The notes under the pieces are model-generated. The model was not told the origin of the DNA. It worked only from the letters and a program-made list of their open reading frames with translations, and did no database searches. The translations under genes and the position numbers were made by a program. A stretch of DNA of 18,099 nucleotides from Candidatus Hodarchaeota archaeon (GTDB lineage Archaea; Asgardarchaeota; Heimdallarchaeia; Hodarchaeales; Hodarchaeaceae): positions 1 through 18,099 of the forward strand of contig JAEOTC010000080.1 of NCBI GenBank assembly GCA_016840035.1, in the 5' to 3' direction. This document shows positions 1 to 7,836 of this stretch, piece after piece (positions within the stretch are counted from its first letter, which is position 1; every line of letters starts with the position of its first letter).

Positions 1-44
1 ACCAATTCTCTTGTTTCGAGGGTGTTGTTGGAGGATCTTAATTG

Positions 45-1340
45 ATGACTCACCCGACTGTTAAGCTGCCCAAAGATATTTTCAGAGCCCATTATTTCTT
101 TTTACGTGCACAACATTTTGACCAGTTAGAACAAAGTAAAAAAGCCATGGGGTTTTATCTTAAAGCAGCACGGCTTTTTACCGATACTTTCAAGAAATAT
201 CCGAAATTTGCCTATTTTCCCTTATGGTCGGAACAAACTCGTCTGTCTATTGCCCGTCTCAAACAATTAAACAAGGATCTTGAGTCCATTCCTGATTCTC
301 AACCTTCCTCCCTGACTAACACAGGTCCCCGTACTAAAGAAGAGCATACTTTACAGGCCTTAGTCACCCAGAGTATTGTCACTCCCAATCCGAAGCTCTC
401 ATGGGCTGATATTATTGGCTTAGATGCAGTCGTGGAAGAGCTACAAAAACTCATCTTTCTTCCCCTCCAGCGTACTGAACTCCTTGAGGGGAATATCACC
501 ACTCCCCGTACTGGCCTCCTCTTTGGTCCACCTGGCTGTGGTAAAACTCATCTAGTGCGTATTCTTGCGGCTATGGTCAATGTTCCTGTTTATAGTATTT
601 CTGCCGCGACGTTACTTTCGAAATGGATGGGTGAAAGTCAAAAAATGGTCCATGCATATTATAAAGCGGCGTGGGCCAACAGTCCCTCCATTGTCTTTAT
701 TGATGAATTTGATGGCCTCTTTGGAAGTCCTTCGTATGGGTCTTCTGGCTCGGAAGCTTCGACCACTGCCATTCAAATTCAAAAAGAATTGCAACAGCAT
801 ATGGATGGCTTGTATACACCTTTAGTCAATCAGACGGTCACCATTGCCGCTACGAATTTTCCCTGGCATCTCCAATTGTCACAAATTCGTCGTTTCGATC
901 GTGTGTTATACCTTCCTCCTCCTAATCAGGAATCGATCGCTCAGCTCTTACACCATTTACTTACGGGTATTGTCCATCAACTTTCTCCTGATCAAATCCA
1001 CTGGTTATCCCATGAACTTCGTGGTTATACCCCCAATGAAATTGTTACCGTGTGTGAAGCCGCGCGTCAGCGTCCCTATGAGGAAATCCGGCAAGCAGAT
1101 AGGTCATATCATCCCGATCTTCCTGTTCGCCCCTTAGCGCTAGAGGATTTCAAATCATCTCTTTCCATTCTGACTCCCATTTTATTGCAGAAAGGGCAAG
1201 AGGGCGTCGGTACCCTTGCTTTTCGGAAGTGGAATGCAGAATTTGGCCTTCCTGCTATTGATTATCCCATTCAATCCTGGGAAAAACGGTTTCATGTTCC
1301 TACTGACGATCCTAACCCTGTTTCCCTAGAGGATGTGTAG
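45..1340 (+). CDS. vps4: Vps4-like MIT-domain AAA+ ATPase (meiotic clade), divergent paralog
   Basis: N-terminal three-helix MIT-like pattern (A..F..A..FD.....A...Y..A...F.....P.....W.......RL..L), 'W.DIIGL', Walker A GPPGCGKT (525-548), pore loop 1 LLSKWMGES, Walker B IVFIDEFD, sensor 1 AATNFPW, RRFDR..Y.P.P, C-terminal helix FRKWNAEFG. ATG at 45 preferred over TTG at 42; GGAGG at 30-34. Confidence 0.85.
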   Translation: MTHPTVKLPKDIFRAHYFFLRAQHFDQLEQSKKAMGFYLKAARLFTDTFKKYPKFAYFPLWSEQTRLSIARLKQLNKDLESIPDSQPSSLTNTGPRTKEEHTLQALVTQSIVTPNPKLSWADIIGLDAVVEELQKLIFLPLQRTELLEGNITTPRTGLLFGPPGCGKTHLVRILAAMVNVPVYSISAATLLSKWMGESQKMVHAYYKAAWANSPSIVFIDEFDGLFGSPSYGSSGSEASTTAIQIQKELQQHMDGLYTPLVNQTVTIAATNFPWHLQLSQIRRFDRVLYLPPPNQESIAQLLHHLLTGIVHQLSPDQIHWLSHELRGYTPNEIVTVCEAARQRPYEEIRQADRSYHPDLPVRPLALEDFKSSLSILTPILLQKGQEGVGTLAFRKWNAEFGLPAIDYPIQSWEKRFHVPTDDPNPVSLEDV

Positions 1341-1352
1341 GGGGTTGATGGG

Positions 1353-4300
1353 ATGTCTGAAGACCAGGAAGAAACCTCTGAAGACTCAGATGAGAATTTT
1401 CGCGATCTCAAAACTGATAATTCTCTTAATTTCCCTTCTGATTTTTCTCTTCTTCCTTCTGCAAACCCCTCCTTTTCGGATAGTTCCTTTCATGATTCCT
1501 TCGGTAAAGAATCCTCCGGTCTATCGGAATGTCATTCTAAGGAAGGGGTTGAAGCTTCTATTTCGTCCGAAATGGGTGATTTTTCTGAAAACCTTGATGT
1601 TGCTACTCTTCAGGAGGAGTTTCATTCTCTCGTCATGGTTGATGAGCTAGTTGCCGAATTAAAGGAGGTAGAGGAGTCCCTTCCTCGTACCATTTCTGAT
1701 GAAAGCTCTCTTGACGTCGTTGCTGATAGTCCTGATTCCTCTTTAGACACAGTCCTTGATCAGTGGGGTATCGTTGCTTTTGATAGTCGTTCTGATACTG
1801 AACGTATTGATACTCCTACTTCTGGTGATTCTCATATTGACTCTGAAACACGTATTCAGGCCTCTTCTTCTGATCAGCTCGTCGTTCAAGAACTGGATGC
1901 TTCTTCAGTCCAGGACCAAGGCATTCAGACTCTGGAACTTCTTTCTATTGATACGGAGAGGGATGTTTCTGCTAATGAACAGGCATCTGTCCCTCAAGCT
2001 TCCCAATCAGATCTGGATACGTCATCTAAATCTAGCGGTGACCTCATTGCGGAAAAAGAGCTCACACTCCTTGAACTTCATCGTTTAGAAGAAGAATTCA
2101 GACAAACACAGAATCACGAGTCCAGTGTGGAATCCATTGATCCTCAATTGGTTACTGATACTTCTCCCGAGTTAGAATCGGATCAAGAAGTGCAACTCGA
2201 TGGTGAAAACGAAGGAGAAGTAGCCCAATTAGCTTCTGGCCTCGTTGCACATGACTCATCTAGCACTCATTCTGTTGTGGAGAGTGACCTTTCTGAGGAT
2301 ACCTCTCACGATTCTGTACTAGCACCTCAACATACTCTGGAAGAGGTTATTCAGAATAACGGTGAAAATGACGGTGCTGTTTCTCAAATTGATATTGAGG
2401 AGAGTGAAATTACTACTGATTCTTCCCTTTTATCAGAAGTAGAATTTGAAGGTTTTTCGACTGAAGATTTATCAGTCTCACTTCTTGATGCATCCCTTTC
2501 TCTAACAGAGCTTTCGCTCTCTGATATGGTGGAGATTGATACTGATTATTTTCCTGACACAGCATCTGATTCTATCAACCAAGTAGATACTATTGAGATT
2601 TTAACTTCAGATTTCACTACTCTTTCTGAAGATACTGTTCTTGAGGAGACCCTTTCTTCCTCCCCTTCGTTAATTGAAACCGAAATCTATTCTCTTGAAG
2701 ATGATCTTGAGGAAGCACCTTCTGTATCGGTAGTTTCGAGAGAAGAACTTTCGATCTCTGAGGTGAATGATCTTCAATCTTTTGTTGCCCAACACCCTGT
2801 CGATCGGTATACCAAACACCTTCACCTGCTTTCTCATGGATCCACTCTTCCTAAAGCTCCTCCTTATGATTTTTTTGCCGATCTTACTGCTCAAGAGGAA
2901 GCAACACTCTTTCAATCTTTATTCTCCAGTGGTATAGTAAGATCTTTTGATTTTTCAAAGCTTATACAGGAAATCAGGAACTATTTCTTTGCGTTTCAAC
3001 AGAGGAATCGATTGTCTTCAAAAATGCATCAACAATTTACGAAGGACTCTTCTATCTCTAAAATCGAAGATAATAAATCTCTGAAGGAAATTTCTTCTTC
3101 AGAACTAACCGTTCCTACTCTTGACTTTTCCCCAGATCCTACTGGAATTTTTTATCATTTATCTGTACATGTCCCTGCCCTTATCAAATCAGGTACGGCA
3201 ACTCTCATTGATGCAATTCTTGATGCAACTAATACTAAAGAAGCAATTGCTACTGAACTCATTAACGAGAATTGGGGTGGAATCACTTCAATTATTATTG
3301 ATTCTGCTGATGATGTAGGGATTCCTATTGACAAACGTATAATTAGAAAAATTAACGACTTAGTACGTACTAAGTGCAGGATTAGTATGATAATTGATCG
3401 AAATAATGTTAGTGGCCACATAAGTAGTGGTCATCTTGAATATGATACTAGGATTAATTATTTTACCGAGGTGGAATTTAGTACCTTAGATCCTGTTAAA
3501 AGAAAGTTAAAATCAATAAAAACGTATAGGAATAATTTTCTCTTCAATCCGAAATTACAGAGTGAAAGAATCGAAATATCTCAATTTAAAAATTTTAATA
3601 ACTGGCGTGAAGCTGTTTTCAATGAATCTCAATCTATAGAAATTACTACTTTGTATCCTTGGACTGTGATTCCTACCTTAAAAAGTGAATTTAATTTTTC
3701 AAGACTTTTCCCATATTATTTAGCCTCTCCTAAGTCTATAGAAGAAAATTTTTTTGTTTGGGGAAATAAAAGTATGATGGGGGGAGATCCGGTCCATGGA
3801 ATTCAATATTTGTCAACAAACTCTAACTCAATACTTAAGGAAAAGGATGATAAACTGATAGTGGGAGATCAAATCTTCTCTAAAGCCACCTTTCTTTTCC
3901 AGATTACGGATACTTACGCTCAGATGACTGGAACGCAAATTAAACCGTATCTAGGGAAAACTAGCGTTCATACAAACGAAAGAATTCTCAACAAATTTCG
4001 ATTTTATCTGGAGAATGAAGAAAAGAATGTGAAAACTGAAAAACCATTAGAAAAAACCATTGAGCTACTTTTGGGAGAAGATGGGATTTTTACATCAATT
4101 TTAGCAATCTCTGGGAATATCCAGGAAAATGATCTCTTCATAGTTAGAAATCAAGTATCGACAAGATTTTCGAGAGTTCCAATAAATCTGGACTTAGATC
4201 CAGCAAAGTTTGGAGATCCCTCTGGAAGCGACACCTTTCGTAAACCTGATTACGTTATTATCACTGGAAGAGTAATTGAAGGTGATTTGAAGATACATGT

Positions 4301-4676
4301 CCATGTTATAGAAATTAAACGTGAATGGGAGGATTTTAATCACGATTCTAACGGAAGACCTCCTGGGTATGGTTTGATTCAGCCGATAAGAGATCTTCCA
4401 TGGGTTTTAAAGCCTACTTTGGATACATTCCCAGAAGTTTCACTTAAAGATATCAAAGTTAGTTGTTACAACCTAACTGCAATTAGATTGAAGGGAAAGG
4501 AAGACATATTTAAAATTAGGGGAGAAATAACAATTAAATCGATTCCAGCTTCAATAGTTATTCCGTTTGCTGGAAGAAATGCAGGTTCAAATAAACAAGC
4601 TTATGCCCAAATTAGAGCCATTAACGAAGCTTATTCAAGATCAAAAACTCAATCCCAGAACGAGGGAGGTAAATAA
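1353..4676 (+). CDS. 1107-aa protein: acidic D/E/S-rich disordered N-half plus globular C-half with a C-terminal PD-(D/E)XK nuclease-like domain
   Basis: Long ORF starting 12 nt after the ATPase stop. Residues ~1-480 are D/E/S-rich and almost free of K/R. RKPDYVII (P965-D966, nt 4245-4250) and HVHVIEIK (E987, K989, nt 4311-4319) lie on hydrophobic strands, followed by a GLIQ helix. Confidence 0.7.
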   Translation: MSEDQEETSEDSDENFRDLKTDNSLNFPSDFSLLPSANPSFSDSSFHDSFGKESSGLSECHSKEGVEASISSEMGDFSENLDVATLQEEFHSLVMVDELVAELKEVEESLPRTISDESSLDVVADSPDSSLDTVLDQWGIVAFDSRSDTERIDTPTSGDSHIDSETRIQASSSDQLVVQELDASSVQDQGIQTLELLSIDTERDVSANEQASVPQASQSDLDTSSKSSGDLIAEKELTLLELHRLEEEFRQTQNHESSVESIDPQLVTDTSPELESDQEVQLDGENEGEVAQLASGLVAHDSSSTHSVVESDLSEDTSHDSVLAPQHTLEEVIQNNGENDGAVSQIDIEESEITTDSSLLSEVEFEGFSTEDLSVSLLDASLSLTELSLSDMVEIDTDYFPDTASDSINQVDTIEILTSDFTTLSEDTVLEETLSSSPSLIETEIYSLEDDLEEAPSVSVVSREELSISEVNDLQSFVAQHPVDRYTKHLHLLSHGSTLPKAPPYDFFADLTAQEEATLFQSLFSSGIVRSFDFSKLIQEIRNYFFAFQQRNRLSSKMHQQFTKDSSISKIEDNKSLKEISSSELTVPTLDFSPDPTGIFYHLSVHVPALIKSGTATLIDAILDATNTKEAIATELINENWGGITSIIIDSADDVGIPIDKRIIRKINDLVRTKCRISMIIDRNNVSGHISSGHLEYDTRINYFTEVEFSTLDPVKRKLKSIKTYRNNFLFNPKLQSERIEISQFKNFNNWREAVFNESQSIEITTLYPWTVIPTLKSEFNFSRLFPYYLASPKSIEENFFVWGNKSMMGGDPVHGIQYLSTNSNSILKEKDDKLIVGDQIFSKATFLFQITDTYAQMTGTQIKPYLGKTSVHTNERILNKFRFYLENEEKNVKTEKPLEKTIELLLGEDGIFTSILAISGNIQENDLFIVRNQVSTRFSRVPINLDLDPAKFGDPSGSDTFRKPDYVIITGRVIEGDLKIHVHVIEIKREWEDFNHDSNGRPPGYGLIQPIRDLPWVLKPTLDTFPEVSLKDIKVSCYNLTAIRLKGKEDIFKIRGEITIKSIPASIVIPFAGRNAGSNKQAYAQIRAINEAYSRSKTQSQNEGGK

Positions 4677-5311
4677 AGAGATTCGTTGTCATTTTCTTCA
4701 ATTTCATCCATTAGATACGGAGGAGGAAAGATTCGGCCGTCCTTTTTAAACTGAAGTATAAATCCAATGTGAAGAGATTCTTGATTATCATCCTCTAAAT
4801 ATCTACTTAATTTAATCCAAAAATCGTCTGGTAAATCTCCCCAGTATTGTATAAATGGTTGATACACTAATTTATTGAAGATTAATACAAATTTAGTAAA
4901 GGATTTCTTTATAATTTTCGGTAGAGTTGGATAACCCCAGGTAACCCAATTTTCTTGCCACAACAACCACTGAAACCTTTTGGAAACTTCTCCTAGACTT
5001 TTACTAGAATTTTTCCACCTTTTGGCACATAAAAATGGATTACAGAGCATTACTTCATCCTTCTCATACGCCTGTAACTCTTCCTTGGTTAAAGCATACT
5101 CTATCTCGGGATGATGGCAATCCCGTGTTTGACCGTCATTGGGCACCTGTAATTTGTATTTTAACCATTCTTCCAGATTAAAATTTACCTGTGCTAATTC
5201 CGCTTCGATAATTGATTCATCTATCTCTTGTTCTATCCAATAGGAAGGAGGCCAATGCGGTAGAAAGGGTACACATTTTTGGGATAATCGATCTTTATAT
5301 TCCATGAACAC
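4649..5311 (-). CDS. Hypothetical 220-aa Trp-rich protein, convergent with and overlapping the 3' end of the 1107-aa gene
   Basis: ORF with GTG at 5311 (or ATG at 5305). 28-bp 3' overlap at 4649-4676. Contains DCHH and CNPFLC; no family recognised. Confidence 0.7.
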   Translation of the reverse strand: MFMEYKDRLSQKCVPFLPHWPPSYWIEQEIDESIIEAELAQVNFNLEEWLKYKLQVPNDGQTRDCHHPEIEYALTKEELQAYEKDEVMLCNPFLCAKRWKNSSKSLGEVSKRFQWLLWQENWVTWGYPTLPKIIKKSFTKFVLIFNKLVYQPFIQYWGDLPDDFWIKLSRYLEDDNQESLHIGFILQFKKDGRIFPPPYLMDEIEENDNESLYLPPSFWD

Positions 5312-5453
5312 TAACTCGCATATCTTGGATGTTAAAATCAGGATTGAGAGATTAGGTATGTCTTTTTCTTTATATTTTATTCGTATTTTGGCTTATAAAT
5401 TCATAACTTTTCTTGGACATTTGAAAAACACGTGATCACTAGTTGGTTTTCTT

Positions 5454-6443
5454 TCACTTAGATTTTTGTTCCTCTTTCTCAAATATTTGTTCCAGAGCGG
5501 AAAACATCGCACTATTAAGTATCATAAATCCCAATGAAACTAGAAATTGGAGATTTATTTTTTCCTGATGGATGTCTGATAAGGAATACCGTTTCTTATT
5601 CCCTGAACTAAAGGTAGCTTCAACATATTCGCTATCTACTAGAATTAAGGAATCGGTTTCCCCAAAGTGGTGAATTCGTTTGTTTCGAAGCTCACGAATT
5701 CCTTCTTCTACAAAAATATGGTCAAATAAGGTCATCAATACCTGTTTATGTTCAATGGAGAGAGTACATGTTTCAAGATAATCTCGAAGGAGTTTTTCTT
5801 CCTTTTGAGATTTCTTTTTAGAGGTATAGAACTGATGGATAGAGAGTTTTTTTCCGTTAACGAGGTCTTTCAAAAGTCTATCTACCTTGGTTCCGTCCTT
5901 TCCTTCTAGAAGTTGGAAGAGGAAGAGATTATAGAGACTTAATGACACAAAACTTTCGTACATGTCTGCTATAGTCGTTAAATAGTTATCAAAGTATCGA
6001 TCGATTTGAAAACGTTGCTTAGCTGTCATAGTAGTTTTGGAAACCGTAATCATTGGCAGAGGCTCCTTTAATAGTACCTCAATCTCATGGATCTGTTGGA
6101 GTATGTCATCAGGGTGAGTTTGACTTAACCTATCCATAGCTGTATTCAGGTCTTTGAAGTGTTCAAAATAGGTTTCTGATTGTTCATCGAGATTCTTTTG
6201 TGAAAATTGATGAACTCTCATCCGAGGGCCTAATAGTAAAACCAAATGATAATTGATACTAAACAGGAGGATTCCATGACCTTTCTGACCTACAGAATGA
6301 ATTAAACTTCCTAGTAATGTGGAATAGCTTACTAATTGTTTTGATTTTATTTTTGGGTCTTGAAAATCAAGTATATATTGAATCTGATCATTATATAGCT
6401 TTTGAGAGACCTTCAAGATCTCAACCGCCTTGTCTAAATTCAT
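5454..6443 (-). CDS. Predicted HEPN-domain RNase, helical, ~329 aa
   Basis: RNKRIH(H) motif at 5670-5687 near the C-terminus, an upstream helical E (DMYESF), all-helical character. ATG at 6443 (MNLDKAVEIL) preferred; the 30 upstream codons look like AT-rich intergenic DNA. Confidence 0.6.
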   Translation of the reverse strand: MNLDKAVEILKVSQKLYNDQIQYILDFQDPKIKSKQLVSYSTLLGSLIHSVGQKGHGILLFSINYHLVLLLGPRMRVHQFSQKNLDEQSETYFEHFKDLNTAMDRLSQTHPDDILQQIHEIEVLLKEPLPMITVSKTTMTAKQRFQIDRYFDNYLTTIADMYESFVSLSLYNLFLFQLLEGKDGTKVDRLLKDLVNGKKLSIHQFYTSKKKSQKEEKLLRDYLETCTLSIEHKQVLMTLFDHIFVEEGIRELRNKRIHHFGETDSLILVDSEYVEATFSSGNKKRYSLSDIHQEKINLQFLVSLGFMILNSAMFSALEQIFEKEEQKSK

Positions 6444-6605
6444 ATTTATAGAGAACAGATATTTGAATATAAAAACACTGAATATTGTGAATATAAAAGA
6501 AGGAAGAAATATCAAAAATAGGAATGACAACAAACAATATTCTGACGGAGAAATAATATGTCAAGAGGAAAGAAGGAGAATAGACATCAATAAGGAGGAA
6601 TTTAC

Positions 6606-7067
6606 ATGCAACAACCAGAGGAAAGAAAACCAATGGAAAAAGAAGAAGATCCGGCTAATTTTACGTTGACAGTTGAACAGGTAATATTTCTTATATTTGG
6701 AGGAATTCTCATCATCCTAACATTCGCGCCGTGGGCCAGTGTTCCAGTTTTATTGGGTAGAACAACAGCAAATCCATTAGCTTTTGTGATTGTTTGGAAT
6801 GATGGGTTCTTGTCGTTATTTGGTGGACTAGCTTTCCTCTCAATGGGAGTGGCTGTTTACAATTGTATTCGGATCGGTGTGGATGAATACACAGGAAGAG
6901 AATCAGCAATTGCAGTAGGGGTTTTTAGTCTTTTGAGTGTCGGACTATTTTGGATGGGGATTTTATTTCAAGACCCCGAATTTCAAGAAGGAGTGAGAAT
7001 ATTGGAAACAGTTCCACTGATCGTCGGAATAAGCATTCTGATGCTAATTCTCGGGTTCAGAGAGTGA
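6606..7067 (+). CDS. Four-TM hypothetical membrane protein
   Basis: Four hydrophobic segments, with 'FAPW' ending TM1. AAGGAGG at 6592-6598 lies upstream of the ATG. Confidence 0.75.
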   Translation: MQQPEERKPMEKEEDPANFTLTVEQVIFLIFGGILIILTFAPWASVPVLLGRTTANPLAFVIVWNDGFLSLFGGLAFLSMGVAVYNCIRIGVDEYTGRESAIAVGVFSLLSVGLFWMGILFQDPEFQEGVRILETVPLIVGISILMLILGFRE

Positions 7068-7094
7068 GAAAACCCAGATGGATGGGGAATTGGA

Positions 7095-7832
7095 ATGCCA
7101 AGTGAGAAACTGAGATTCACAAATTTGGATCAAATCAGGATATATATGGGATTATTTGGAATCTCTCTACTTTTGCATTATTTTACACCATATTATGAAC
7201 AACAAACGATACCTGATTTCATGGGGGTTGTATTAGAAGCCCCATTTGAAGAAGAAATCATCTTTCGCTTTCTAGGTGTCCTAGTTGCATACATTTGTAT
7301 ATCTAAAATGGTTCAAACAGAATTACTCTGGAAGAAAAGTATTTGGGGGATGTCATTCATCCTAGCGATGTACTTAGAAGTTCGAATGACGGTATTAAGA
7401 ATAGAAAACCAAATAACTCAGACTGCAGTTCTTATTACCCTGCTTCTTTTAGTTTTATTTACGTTCCGGAATTATCAACTGGAAATCCTTCTACTCGTTT
7501 CGAGCGCATTCTGGGCATTGGCACACGAGTATTTCAGATTTATACCCGTCTTTGTTGCGGGGTTATTCTTCTCTCTCCTCTGTATCAACCGATCCCGAAT
7601 TTATGATTTTGATACTCAAAGGACTAGAGTTAAGGTGTTCTTAATTCTATATGGTACGTTTATTGGTTATATTATCCATTTATGGAATAATTCTCTCAAT
7701 TGGGCTTTCTACCAAACTCTAGATCCTCTTATTATTGATACAATAGTTTTAATTGGATTGATTTTCGGTCTTCTTCTAATAGAGAAGTGGATCACTCCTT
7801 TTATCGATGAAAGAGTTCTAAGGGCTGAGTAA
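7095..7832 (+). CDS. CPBP family (type II CAAX/Rce1-like, Abi) intramembrane glutamic endopeptidase
   Basis: Polytopic membrane protein with the three family motifs: APFEEEIIFR (EExxxR), SAFWALAH (FxxxH-type) and IHLWNN (HxxxN). Confidence 0.85.
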   Translation: MPSEKLRFTNLDQIRIYMGLFGISLLLHYFTPYYEQQTIPDFMGVVLEAPFEEEIIFRFLGVLVAYICISKMVQTELLWKKSIWGMSFILAMYLEVRMTVLRIENQITQTAVLITLLLLVLFTFRNYQLEILLLVSSAFWALAHEYFRFIPVFVAGLFFSLLCINRSRIYDFDTQRTRVKVFLILYGTFIGYIIHLWNNSLNWAFYQTLDPLIIDTIVLIGLIFGLLLIEKWITPFIDERVLRAE

Positions 7833-7836
7833 AAGA

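Noticed and set aside
299-1650. Short alternative-frame ORFs (299-502, 565-825, 612-800, 844-1137, 1333-1650)
   Set aside because: Shadows of the ATPase and 1107-aa genes, with no motifs.
1756-4749. ORFs 1756-2088, 2670-2915, 3121-3318, 3155-3421, 4567-4749
   Set aside because: Nested in longer genes. Their Leu/Ile richness is a frame artefact of the T-rich acidic coding region.
6421-6669. ORFs 6421-6633 (-), 6430-6669 (+) and the 30-codon hydrophobic extension of the HEPN gene to 6533
   Set aside because: Purine-skewed AT-rich divergent intergenic DNA. Better starts exist at 6443 and 6606.
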